Part shown: one piece after another, positions 12,936 through 24,540 of the stretch
How positions within the stretch are numbered: the stretch's first letter is position 1
Layout: every line of letters begins with the position of its first letter
Assembly (NCBI RefSeq): GCF_001447785.1
Contig: NW_015161963.1
Coordinates: 124,001 to 188,000 of the forward strand
Reading direction: 5' to 3'
DNA: 64,000 nucleotides
Origin: Gekko japonicus
Lineage: Eukaryota
The notes under the pieces: model-generated
What the model was told of the DNA's origin: nothing
What the model saw: only the letters and a program-made list of their open reading frames with translations
Database searches by the model: none
Program-made: the position numbers and the translations under genes

Positions 12936-13040
12936 ACACGTAGCCTTGTTAGTCTGAGGCAGCAACATAAAACAGGGGCCCAGTGTCACCTTGAAGACTT
13001 TACATTTTGTCAGACTATAAGGTGCCACTGGACCCTTCTT
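12936..13040. mobile_element. Collapsed Penelope-like inverted repeat
   Basis: GGCCCAGTGTCACCTTGAAGACT...AGACTATAAGGTGCCACTGGACCC, related to the 4251-4457 element. Confidence 0.55.
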
Positions 13041-13179
13041 TTAAGGTAAAACTCTTCTGCACACACTTAACAAGAAAATAAGTGCTGCTGAATGAAGGCC
13101 AGGGCCCATCTAGTCCATCTTCCTGCTTCCAAGCAGTGCCCAGACAGTTGTCCTTCGGTAGCCCATAAACAACCCGGAA

Positions 13180-13650
13180 ACCTTCCCTCTCCCCGGCTGC
13201 TTGTCGCCAGTAGCCGACCTTCCTGGCCAGGTCATCCAGTATGAAAGGCGAAGCTTTGAGGAAGGCATTGAGCTCCGGCACCTCTCACGACCCCCATCTC
13301 TCCCTTCCTTCAAACTGCCTGACCCATCCCGATCGAGGCTCCTCCCTTGGCAAGTGGACTGCTCAACCCACCCCCTCCTCTTCTCAGCCATGATTGGCCT
13401 AGGCAGGGGTCTCTCACCGGGAAGGGGGCCACCGCTGGCTCCTTCCGCGACTCAGAAGCCCTCTCACAGAAATGTCGGCCCCCAGCTCGACTGTCTTACT
13501 CCGCCTCCCGAGTTTACAACTGTCACCTGATTTTTTCTTCTACCGGAAGTCGGGCTATGTCGGAAGGGACTACTTCCAGAGTAGCACAAAGTGTCCGCTG
13601 TAAGGAAAGGTCCGCTTGGAGGCGGGAGCAGCCGCAGCAACTAGAGTTCT
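13180..13650 (-). promoter_or_regulatory. RNF185: Probable RNF185 promoter and non-coding first exon (CpG-enriched)
   Basis: Local CpG enrichment; ETS motif CCGGAAGT 13543-13550; ACTAC/ZNF143-like stretch from 13569; candidate minus-strand donors CCG|GTGAGA (13418/13417) and GGA|GTAAGA (13500/13499). Confidence 0.65.
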
Positions 13651-13865
13651 GACAGCTAAAGGGATCGCTTGAGAGAGATGAGAAACTTGTTGGTAGCATT
13701 ACTGAGAGTTTAATTAATTTCAGTTGCCCAGAACCTTTGGTTTTTGAATGTGTACCTTTTGTTCTGAAATAATTTCCTGTATTAAAATGTTCGTGCATAT
13801 GTGCAGAACTTATTTCTTTATCACGTTTTGATTTCTCAAAATAATTAGTGTTCCTTACTATTGAC

Positions 13866-14219
13866 AAAAGGAGCTGCGGTGGCTCAAGTGGTTAAGACGC
13901 TGAACTGCAGGCTGTGGAAGGTCAGTAGTTCAGCAGTTCGAGACCCGAGTGTGCCGCATGACGGAGTGAGCTCCCGTCTCTAGTTCCAGCTCCTGCCAAC
14001 CTAGCAGTTCGAAAGCAAGACATTGCAAGTAGATAAATAGGTACCACTTCAGTGGGAAGGTAACAGCGTACCGTGCGCCTTGGTGTTTAGTCATGCCGCC
14101 CACATGACCACAGAAACGTCTTCGGACAGCGCTGGCTCTTCGGCTTTGAAACGGAGATGAGCACCGCAACCCTAGAGTCGGATTCGACTGGCTTTCGAGC
14201 AAGGGAACCTTTACCTTTA
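13866..14219 (+). mobile_element. Sauria SINE, full length, 13-bp TSD
   Basis: Core CTCCTGCCAACCTAGCAGTTCGAAAGC..GTAGATAAATAGGTACC, (ACCTTT)n tail; TSD CCTTACTATTGAC at 13853-13865 and 14220-14232. Confidence 0.9.
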
Positions 14220-14714
14220 CCTTACTATTGACCAGTCAGCAGTATTTGGGATATAGTTTCTCTGCCCTAGGGCTATCTCCTTGTTTTGAAACTATTTTTG
14301 AGCTACTGCAGTTGCTGTAACGTGAAGCTACTCTTCAATGCTGTCCAGAAGCAACTCTGGACTCCCCAGATGTGTATGGGGGTGGGAGTCCTCAACATTC
14401 GCATTAATTTCAAGTACTTAATAGTACTCTGGCGCTCTACTGGGCCTCCTCTCAGTGGGTCAGAACTGCATTACCATCTAAGGACCAAATCTTGAAAGAG
14501 ATAACATCTGTGAGTCTTTAACTTTAACTTGCACCGGATGAATGTTGTTGTATTTTATTGGTGTTCTGTTTTATTTTTTGTATATTGTATTTTAACTAAA
14601 TTTGATGGAACCTGCCCCGATCCTGCTATGAGGGGAGGGAGGGGGGGAGCAAGAAAGAAAGATGATTACCAGTTGTTGGGGGTTTTTTGTGGTATTTTGT
14701 GTATGTGCTTGCAA

Positions 14715-14890
14715 GCCTGGAAGTCATGGTGACTTCTGCTGACTCCTAGTGGGGCTAAGACATTTCAGAGAGGTGGCTTATATTACCTGCCTCTATCTCT
14801 CGGCCCTGGTATTTCTTGGAGGTCACCCTTCTAAGTACTTGCTTAGCTTCCGAGATCGGGCTTGCCTGGGCTGTCCAGGTCCAGGGAAGG
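14715..14890 (-). mobile_element. 5S-derived SINE copy
   Basis: GCTTAGCTTCCGAGATCGGGC is the reverse complement of 5S-like GCCCGATCTCGGAAGCTAAGC. Confidence 0.65.
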
Positions 14891-15772
14891 GCATTACCAG
14901 TTTTCTTTCCAACGAAGTTCAAAGTACTGGTGCTCATTGCAAAAGCCATTTTGGGGCATTGTCCAAAATATTTAAAAGAGTGTTTTGTTCCACATGTTTT
15001 CCAATTTACCAACATCATTAATTTGCTGGTGGTTACATTTCACATCAAGTGGCTGGCCACTTCAAACTGGTCTTTAGGTTACAGAGTCCAATGGGATTTC
15101 TAAGGATTTCACTGGTTTTCTGAGTGTACTGGACCTACTGAGCTAGATGTGTGTTGACTGCTAATTATAATTTGCTGGCTATGGATTTGGTTGTATCTTC
15201 TATTTACTACTGTATATGTAATTTCATTATTTACTGTTTTATTATGTTTTTGAGCCTTGCTCTGGAAACATTTTGTTATTAAAATGAGAACAATAAATTA
15301 TCAAACCTATAAAACTACTAGTGTTATTCAACAGCTGCCCCTGTGTCTCAAGAAGAATTTCTATGTAGATATTTGATACAATAAACAAGTTGCCAGATTT
15401 CTTCCTTTCTCTCTTCCTTCCTCCCTTTCTTCCTCTGAAATCTTTATGGTAGAAATTCAGAAGGGGAAGGTTTCCGCATTATACATGCCAGGAAAAATGT
15501 TTGCCTCCTGACCTGGTTTTTGTGCAGACGTTAAAGGCACATATGAACCAGCCTTATCGGAGAGATAAAATTAATTTTATGATTATTATTTTTCTTGTGA
15601 GGCTGGAATTAAACTATTCCATAATGTGTGTTTGAGCCTTAAGCTCCTCCTCATGTATAGCTTGTTACATGGAAATAAAGCGGGCGGAGTATGGCACGTA
15701 CTGCTACGTTTAGCTCTGGGGTACCTACTATACCTTCAAAGGCCAGGAGAGAGCGCACCAAACTAGGCCTGA

Positions 15773-15792
15773 ACTACATCTCCCAGCATACT
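15773..15792 (+). promoter_or_regulatory. ZNF143/SBS motif in the CUSTOS promoter
   Basis: ACTACATCTCCCAGCATACT closely matches ACTACAnnTCCCAGnATGC, 20 nt before the ATG; GC box GGGCGGAG at about 15682. Confidence 0.75.
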
Positions 15793-15812
15793 CTGATCCG
15801 GAGATTTTCAGC

Positions 15813-15936
15813 ATGGCGGCGGCCACGGGTTCTTCAGACTCTGAAAGCACCGGCGACGAAGAGTGGGAGCGGTTTCGAGAAGCAGTATGGGACGAGGGGC
15901 CCCTGGTAGCGGCGGCTTCTCTGAAGTCTTCAGACG
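15813..15936 (+). CDS. C12orf43: CUSTOS exon 1: MAAATGSSDSESTGDEEWERFREAVW...
   Basis: Resembles the C12orf43 N-terminus (SDSES...ERCREAA); donor GACG|gtaggg, phase 1. Confidence 0.88.
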
Positions 15937-16087
15937 GTAGGGAGGGTCGAAAGGTCCTTGGTGCGGCAGCGAGACTAGAGAAAATAGCCGCACGTTCCTT
16001 GGTGCGGCCTTTTCATGTTCCTCCAGAAATAATGCATTTTGCCCCCACGAATGAGTGCATGAAATAATGCACAGGGCTTTTCAAAAA

Positions 16088-18430
16088 TGTTGTTGTTCAG
16101 TCGCAGTCAAGTCCGACTCTTCGCGACCACATGGACCACATCAGGATTCAGGCCAGGCCCTCCGTCCTCTGAAGTTTGCTCAGTTTCATGTTCGTTGCAT
16201 CGGTGACACTGTCCAACCATCTCATCCTTTGCCGTCCCCTTCTTCTTTGACCTTCAATCTTTCCCAGCATCAGGGTCTTTTCCAGTGAGTGCTCCCTTCT
16301 CATTTGGTGGCCAAAGTATTTGAGCTTCATCTTCATTATCTGGCCTTCCAGGGAACAGTAAGGGTTGATTTTTTTTTAGGATTGACTGATTTGATCTCCT
16401 TGCAGTCCAAGGGACTCTTCTCCAGCACCATAGTTCAAAAGAATCTATTCTTCGGCGCTCGGCCTTCCTTATAGTCCAACTCCCGCAGCCATACATGACT
16501 ACTGGGAATACCACTGCTTTGACCATGCGGACTTTTGTTGGCAGGGTGATGTCTCTACTTTTTATCATGCTGTTTAGGTTTGCCATCGCTTTCCTGCTCT
16601 CCTCTTTTACTCTGAGCAAGAGGCTCTTTAGATCCTTTTCACTTTCAGCCATTAGAGTGGTATCATCTGCATATCTGAGGTTGTTGATCTTTTCCCCAGC
16701 AATCTTAATTCCCGCTTGTGATTCATCCAGGCCAGCATTTCGCATGATGTACTCTGCATATATATTAAATAAGCAAGGTGACAGTATACATCCTTGTCGT
16801 ACTCCTTTTCCTATGCTGAACCAATCAGTTGTTCCGTATCCGGTTCTAACTGTCGCTTCTTGGCCCTTATACAGGTTTCTCAAGAGACATGTGAGGTGGT
16901 CTGGTACTCCCATCTCTTTAAGGACCTGCCATAGTTTGTTGTGATCCACACAGTCAAAAGCTTTAGCATAGTCAATGAAGCAGAAGTAGATATTTTTCTG
17001 GTACTCTCTTGCTTTCTCCATAATCCAGCGAATGTTGGCAATTTGATCTCTAGTTCCTCTACCTCTTCGAAACCCAGCTTGTACTTCTGGTAGTTCTCTA
17101 TCCACGTACTGTTGAAGCCTAGCTTGTAGGATCTTGAGCATGACCTTGCTAGCGTGTGATATGAGTGCAATTGTGCGATAGTTTGAACATTCCTTGGCGT
17201 TGCCCTTCTTTGGGATTGGAATGTATACTGATCTTTTCCAATCCTGTGGCCACTGTTGCGTTTTCCAAATTTGCTGGCAAATGGAGTGCAGCACTTTAAC
17301 AGCATCATCTTCTAAGACTTTGAATAGCTCAGCTGGAATACCATCACCTCCACTAGCTTTGTTGTTAGCAATGCTTTCTAAGGCCCATTTAATTTCACAT
17401 TCCAGGATGTCTGGCTCGAGGTCTGTGATTATACCATCGTGGTTGTCAAGGACATTGAGGTCCTTCTTATATAGTTCTTCTGTGTATTCTTGCCATCTTT
17501 TCCTAATCTTTTCTGCTTCTGTTAGGTCCCTACCATTTTTGTCCTTTATCATGACCAGCTTTGCATGGAACATTCCCTTGAGTTCTCCAATTTTCTTGAA
17601 GAGATCTCTAGTCCTTCCCATTCTATTGTTTTCCTCTATTACTCTGCATTGTTCATTTAGGAAAGCCTCCTTATCTCTCCTTGCTGTTCTTTGGAAATCT
17701 GCATTCATTTGGGTAAATCTTCCCTTTTCACCTTTGCCTTTTGCTTTCCTTCTTTCCTCTGCTATTTGTAAAGCCTCATCAGACAGCCACTTTGCTTTCT
17801 TGCATTTCTTTTTCTTCAGGATAGTGGTGATTGCTGCCTCCTGTACAATGTCACAAACCTCCGTCCATAGTGCTTCAGGCACTCTATCAAATCTAGTCCC
17901 TTAAACCTATTCTTCACCTCTACTGTATATTCATCAAGGATGCGATCTAGGTCAAACCTGGATGGCCTAGTGGTTTTCCCAATTTTCTTCAGTTTAAGTC
18001 GGAATTTTGCAGTGAGTAGCTCATGATCTGAGCCACAGTCAGCTCCAGGTCTTGTTTTTACTGACTGTATGGAACTTTGACTGCAAATTATATAGTCAAT
18101 CTGATTTCGGTGTTGCCCATCTGGTGATGTCCCTGTGTAGAGTCGCCTCTTAGGTTGTTGGGAAAGGGTGTTCGCTATAACCAGCATCTTCTCCTGACAA
18201 AATTCTGTTAGCCTTTGCCCTGCTTCATTTTGTTCTCCAAGGCCAAACTTGTCATTCCGGTTAACTTTTGACTTCCTACTTTAGCATTCCAGTCCCCTAT
18301 GATGATGAGGACATCGTTTTTTGGTAGTAGATTTATGAGGTGTTGTAGGTCTTGATAGAACCAGTCCACTTCAGTCTCTTCTGCATCAGTGGTTGGGGCA
18401 TAGACTTGGATTACTGTGATGTTAAATGGC
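16088..18430 (-). mobile_element. Young 5'-truncated BovB (RTE) LINE, APE endonuclease part plus reverse transcriptase
   Basis: PFNITVIQVYAPT, IIGDWNAKVG and GSDHELL (endonuclease); 542-aa ORF with CFIDYAKAFD, GVRQGCILSP and YADD; (CAA)n tail at about 16088-16097. Frameshifts in the endonuclease region and an internal deletion. Confidence 0.96.
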
Positions 18431-18643
18431 AACCTAATCCAGTATCTTTACCAAGAAAACCCTTTACAAAATAGCCCTGAACAAATGGCTTGGTGGCGCG
18501 CTGATTTTATTCATCTCCTTTGCATCCAAGTCCATTCTTGCTTTTAGACACAAACCCCAAAAGTAAAAAAGAATCAACAACAAGCAGTAGAGACAGAAAA
18601 ACAGTAGCAAAGGTGGGGTGGGGGGGTAGCAACCTAGGCCTAT

Positions 18644-19182
18644 CCAGTTTGGTGTAGTGGTTAAGTGTGCGGACTCTAATCTGGGAGAACCGGGTTTGAT
18701 TCCCCACTCCTCCACTCGCACCTGCTGATGTGACCTTGGGTCAGTCACAAGCTCTGGCACAGCTGTCCTTGAAAAAGAGCAGTTTGTGTCAGAGCTCTCT
18801 CAGCCCCACCCACCTCACAGGGTGTCTGTTGTGGGGAGGGGAAGGGAAAGGAGTTTGTAAGCCGCTCTGAGACTCCAAGTGAAGGGCGGGGTATAAATCC
18901 AATCTCCTCCTCCTCTACTCGGAAGGCCTAAATTTGGTGTAGTGGTTAAGAGCGTGGACTCATATCTGGGAGAATCAGGTTTGATTTCCCAGTTTTGTCT
19001 TCTCCACAGGCAGCCAACTGGGTGACCTTGGGTCAGTCACAAGTTCTCTCAGAGCTGTTCTCTCAGCCCCATCCACCTCACGGGGTGTCTGTTGTGGGGA
19101 GGGGGAGGGAAAGGAATTGTAAGCCGCTCTGAGACTCCTTTGGGTAGTGAAGGACGGGGTTTAAATTCAGTCTCCTCTTCTT
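18644..19182 (+). mobile_element. Two tandem tRNA-derived (Squam3-like) SINEs
   Basis: TTTGGTGTAGTGGTTAAG A box, GGTTTGATTCCC B box, 3' GTAAGCCGCTCTGAGACTCC..GGGCGGGGTATAAAT, present twice. Confidence 0.8.
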
Positions 19183-19562
19183 TTAATCGTCCATGGGACT
19201 GCAGCCTTATAATGCCTAGGTATGTCTAAAATTTTCAGGGGGCAACATAGAACTAAGCAATGAGGTGGTCAGAGTCTGTTGTAATACCAATGAGCTCACT
19301 TCCCTCAAAAAAGAAGGTACCCAAAGCAAAATCTCTTTGGGAGGTCTTAAAGACTAAGGAGCTTTTGTTTATTGTTAGGAAACCTAGAAGAACCGTATTG
19401 GATTACACTTATGCAAATGTTCTGTAGCATCTGCACAGGTCGTGATTATCTCCTTAAAAAAACTCTGACCAACCATGTCACTGCTGCCTTATTTGCAATT
19501 ATGGCCTCCTGAACAAACATCACCATACATCATTTAAATTGGTTCTAGCTGTATCTTACATA

Positions 19563-19973
19563 CAGGGGTGTAGCCAGAAACTTTTGGTTGGTGGGGCGTG
19601 GGGAAACCTGGGCGGGAAACTCTGGCTCCGCTGTGACCTCTAGTCCTCCTATAGCCTTTCAGTTGGAGAGACTCAATTCTGGGCTGCTTTTCTCTGTAAG
19701 CTGGGGGGGTGGGGGAATCTCCGATTCTGTCTCGCATTTTGCAGTTTTATTTTAATGTGTTTGCATATTTAAAAAACTATTTTTTGGCCTGGAAAAAAAG
19801 AAAATGACACTGAAGCCTCCCTGACTCTGCCTGATGTCATTTTGGAACCCGCCTGTGCATCTCACGTTTCTAAAAAAACCTAAATTGATTTTTTAAAAAT
19901 GTCCAATGGGGCAATGCTCATCTGTGGGGGGGGCATTGCCCCCAATCCCCCCCCCCCAGTGGCTACGGGTCTG
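19563..19973. mobile_element. Non-autonomous hAT element (MITE) with perfect 8-bp TSD
   Basis: Ends CAGGGGTGTAGCC / GGCTACGGGTCTG; TSD CTTACATA at 19555-19562 and 19974-19981. Confidence 0.8.
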
Positions 19974-20327
19974 CTTACATAGGAGTCTGAAGGTGACCTG
20001 GGAACTAAGGAATTGGCCAAGAACTAAAGCAGGCTGTCTTGCAAACGCCAGGGCCATATTAACATCACCAATCTTTTGTCAAGCTGTTACAGAATACTTT
20101 TCTCTGTTGAGTCTCTCATTACATGTTGTGGTGAGGGTGGGTGAGTGACCTGATTTTAACCATTGGGTGAAAACAGCCACTCTAGGATTCTGAATCATTG
20201 CCTGTATTCTTCATGTGATCCTTGGCAGATATTGTGTTTATGTTCAAGAGCAACTCATTAATGCTGAATATTTTGTTTAAAGTGAAGTATTTCTAACTTT
20301 GATTTTTAAAAAACTTTTTTGTGTCAG

Positions 20328-20373
20328 GTGACTTCTCAGAGAGCAAGATGCCATCAGTTGTATCTAGTATCAG
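20328..20373 (+). CDS. C12orf43: CUSTOS exon 2 (46 nt): GDFSESKMPSVVSSIR
   Basis: ttttttgtgtcag|GTGAC...AGTATCAG|gtacct; phase 1 to phase 2 as required; low sequence conservation. Confidence 0.72.
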
Positions 20374-20917
20374 GTACCTTTCATATTCTACAGTTGACTA
20401 AACATCAAGATTCTAACCATATCTATTGGAAGCTGAAAATGGTACATTCATTAGAAACACTAGTGTACAGGCCTCCTGGGGTCGTTCATCCTCTCTGAAT
20501 GTATATTTGAATACTTTCCCCATATATGTGTCAAATCCTGGCACACAGAAAGTTAAAGCATTGGGAGAGGGAAGACTGTACTTCCTGGCACGTTGACTTT
20601 TCTAAGGACTTTAATCAATTAAACATACATTCGGAAGCAAGGTATTCAGAGGTGGACTGCTGCTGAACACAGAATTTCCATTTCATTTTTGAACTTAATA
20701 GCAATTGATACACCTATGATTCATGAATTTGTCTTGATGTCTTAAAACCATTGGCTTAGATCGAGATTAATTTGTCAGTTTCCACTGTCGCCGCCACCTG
20801 TATTATTCTCAGGGTCTCATATCCCAAACATTTCATGGGAATCAAGAGGAAGGGGGTATAAAGTTCCATTTTCCTGATAAAAACCTTAGTCTGGATCCAA
20901 CCCATCAGTTTCATGTA

Positions 20918-21205
20918 GAGAAGAAGAAGAAGAAGAGATTGGATTTATACCCCGCCCTTCACTACCCAAAGGTGTCTCAGAGCGGCTTACAAACTCCTTT
21001 CCCTTCCCCTCCCCACAACAGACACCCTGTGAGGTAGGTGAGGCTGAGAGAGCTCTTGACAGAAACTGCTCTTTTTCAAGAACAGCTCTTATCAGAACTA
21101 TGGCTTGCCCAAGGTCATCCAGCCACGTGCAAGTGGAGGAGTGGGGAATCAAACCCGGTTCTCCCAGATTAGAGTCCGCGCACTTTAACCACTACACCAA
21201 ACTGG
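20918..21205 (-). mobile_element. Squam3-like tRNA SINE
   Basis: Near-identical to the 18644 copy in reverse; (GAA)n tail. Confidence 0.85.
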
Positions 21206-21339
21206 GTCAGGCAGGATTTTGACTCTGGGCCTTTTAAACATGTTAAATCTAAAATGGAGCAGGTGGATACCTAATTTTAGTTGCTGAATGTGAAGCCAGA
21301 ACCTTCACACTTGTTATTGCCAACAGTGAAGAGCTCCAG

Positions 21340-21990
21340 GATTATCTCTTTAAACTGAATGAATGAACAACAATGTGGCAAATGAAGTTCATTGTAGGCA
21401 ATGCTTCCTCTAAGCTGTGGAGTCTTGTGAGCAAAAATTCTACTTTGCGAGCTACTGGCATTAAAGTTGTGAGTGAGCGATTTGGCTACTGCATAAATTA
21501 GTTTGCTCTGGAGCCATCCTTCCTGAGCTAAGACAAAAAATCTGTGAGCTGGAGGCTAAAACTCTGTCAGCTACCTCACAGTAACTCAGCTTAGAGGGAA
21601 CACTGTAGATAAGTGCAAGGTGATGCACTAGAACTTGAGGATACCCAATGAAGTTGAAGGAATAGGCTTGACAAAGGAAGTACTTTTTAACTCAGTTATT
21701 AAAATGTGGAATTTACTGCCAGAGGATGTAGTGATGGCCACAAGCATGGATGATTTAAAAGGGGATTAGATAAATTAATGAAGGATAAATCCATTAGTAG
21801 CTACTAGCCATGGTGACTAAAAGGAACCTCCATATTCGGAAGCAGTAAACCTCTGAATACCAGTGCCAGAAGGCAGCATCAGAGGAAAACCTTGGCCTCT
21901 GTGCCCTTTTACTTGACCCTGCAGGGCAACTGGTTGGCCTCTCTGTGAGACAGGATGCTGGACTGGATGGAGCAAGGCTATCTTTATGTC
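21340..21990 (+). mobile_element. CR1 fragment interrupted by a hAT-like MITE (21399-21605)
   Basis: TGGCAAATGAAGTTCA..AAGTGCAAGGTGATGCAC CR1 RT segment split by CAATGCTTCCTCTAAGCTG...CAGCTTAGAGGGAACACTG. Confidence 0.7.
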
Positions 21991-22059
21991 TGTACCCCCT
22001 TATAGATGAACTTTCTTTTAACTGCCTACCTGTTCAGATTGCTCCGTATGATGAAACTT

Positions 22060-23300
22060 GACTAACAGAGATGTATTTTCATGAGATCCTTAACAGATGC
22101 CCAAATTTATAATCCATACATTTATAATATTTTAAAAAATTAATACCAATGATTACCCTGGCAATTTAGAAATATTTACAAGTTAATGACATTCCAGAAA
22201 TTAATCAGTCCTTACTGTGGGGTACAATGTAAGCTAGCTTAGGAAGATTCTACAGTGTCTTATCAATAGAAAATTGGTGGGGGAAATGCTTTTAGAGCTG
22301 GAAAGAAGTTAGTGATTTATAGATTAAAACAAAAAAAATAGATCTATCACCTGTAGCATCAAAGTTCCTCAGGGACAGTTCCACAAAGACACAAAAGCCA
22401 TTAATAAACAATTCCAGGAATTTTATTCCAACTTTACAAAGGTGTCATTAATCCTCAAAAAGACTGTTGCTGAGAAAGGTTGAAATGTCGGGGCTCTCGA
22501 GACACAGCAGGAAATGTCTTTGGGCTCCTGTTACAGGGCCTGAAATAGAGCAGACAATAAAATGGATGAAAGCAGGTAAAGCACCTGGCCCTGCTGTCTT
22601 TTGTATGGAATGGTATAGAGTTCTAATAGATATCTTTTCACCAGTGCTAGCAAAGTTAGCCTCAGAAACCATACCAGAGAGTAGTTTGAGGCTAGTACAT
22701 CAATAAAACTGAAACCAGGATGTGACCCCTCAGCCAAGTGCCAGCTAAGACCAATCTTCTCTCTTATAAATGTAGATGCCAAATTTTTTACTACCCTTCT
22801 GACCAACTGGCTTACCACGATTTAACACCTAACACATGGGATATGTTCCCAAATGGCAAGGAGCAACAGATTTTCTTAGACTCCAGTTCAACATATTAGC
22901 TGTTGCTGATCAAAGCCCCTCCCTGGCCAGAGTCATTTCCATGGATGCAGAGAGGTTCTTCACCTGCATTAACAGGAATGTCTTAATGGGGCACCTTAAT
23001 GGTGGGGTAGCAACCTGTCCTATCCAACTCCCATGCAAAAGCAATTTCACAGATTATTCTTCACACAGTGTCTGCCTCGTGCACGATAACAAATGACCTT
23101 AGATGCAATCCATTCCTCTTCAGTGCAGTATAAGACAGAGAAGCCCCTTGCTTCTCTGACACCCCTCCCCATCTCTTAGCACATACCATATGGCAGATAC
23201 CCAGAATTGAAAACCGAAAATAAAAACTGGCTGTGCTGATGTCAGTAGCCATAGAAGGGTGTAACTCCTGTTACCTGTTTACCTGGAAGACAAATAATTT
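22060..23300 (+). mobile_element. Degraded L1/Tx1-clade LINE ORF2 fragment
   Basis: EIEQTIKWMKAGKAPGP..EWY, KPGCDP..RPIFSLINVDAKF, ISMDAE; many stops. Confidence 0.75.
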
Positions 23301-23664
23301 CAAATGAATCCTTTCCACTAATTTACTCATAACAGAGGAGGCCTGTTTAGGGGTGCTCCCTAACAGGTCTATACTTTCCTAGCTACTCCATGGAACTCTT
23401 TTAAAACATTTAGTGCCTCCATCTCTTACACTGGAATTGGTGCCAATGGATATGGAGATAAAACGAATGCTTCCTGTCTGTCCTTAGGGAATTGTACTAA
23501 GGCTGTCACTAAACCAATTTATTTTTTTCTTTAAACTTCTGGTTGGCTCATTCCAGAATTTTAAGAATATATTCCAGTTTCTCTAGCTTTTTTTAAACAA
23601 GGGCCACTGTTTTCTACCAGGCTTCAAGCCAATTACCATTTGTTTGTGTCTTCTTCTTAAACAG

Positions 23665-23763
23665 ACATAAGGTCAGCAATCGTGGGCAGGATCAGAATGA
23701 ACTGCAGACCACTCCAGAATTTCGAGCACATGTTGCAAAGAAATTGGGATCCATCCTGGACAG
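23665..23763 (+). CDS. C12orf43: CUSTOS exon 3 (99 nt): [32 protein letters not shown]
   Basis: Conserved [17 protein letters not shown] motif; aaacag| ... GACAG|gtatct. Confidence 0.96.
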
Positions 23764-24466
23764 GTATCTGCAACTACTTCCCAAACTTCAGCTCTTTGTT
23801 GTGAGATTAGAGGTTTATTGAGGGCTTTCTCCAGATGTAACAGAGCAAAACGTCTGTCAGTAGAAATTGCCTTTTCATGGGAAATCATAAGGCTGCTGCT
23901 GCTTACACTGCAAATTGTAGACCCCTTTTGTGCAGAAGGAACACCCTTGTCTGGAGAGAAGTGAGACAGGACTTGAGGAGTGCAATACATGTGCCTTTTT
24001 CCAAGATGCCTTGTTTATGGCAAAGTTCTGGAAGTGCTGTTAAGTTTGTAGGTCTTCTCTTGGTGTTAGTTTTGTGCATGATGTGGCTTAGGTAAATCAT
24101 TATGCATGGAGTTAGTTACCCAAGGGTACCTTTCTTTTTAAAATAAGAAGCTGGGCTCCAACACCTGATCTTTTGGTTCCCTACCAGACCCCTCTTTTAA
24201 GACCTCACCTTGCCTCATTGTAGTGCAGTGGAAGTTGGACAGAACCCCTCAGCAGATTGTGCCCTATAGGCCACATTTTAACTGCCCCACTGGCACTCAA
24301 AATCTGCTGTTTGAAGTGGCCCTCTGCCTACCTCTGCATGAACTGGGCATTATTTATCCATTGTAAAGCCAAGTAAGAATTGCTGGAAAAGGAGTGTTGT
24401 GCATGTTATTTAATATTAACCTAAACCTTCACAATATTATGTTGAAATCATGCTCTTCCCCTTAAG

Positions 24467-24540
24467 TTCGATCACCATCTTGGAGGAAGTGTTGGTACAT
24501 GTGAAGACTTCCACAAAAGCCTCAGAGACTGATGATGACG
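24467..24540 (+). CDS. C12orf43: CUSTOS exon 4 (74 nt): SITILEEVLVHVKTSTKASETDDD
   Basis: ctcttccccttaag|TTCGATCACC...GATGACG|gtgagt; phases fit. Confidence 0.88.

Noticed and set aside
16495-17904. 149-aa and 236-aa plus-strand ORFs
   Set aside because: Antisense shadows of the BovB RT frame.
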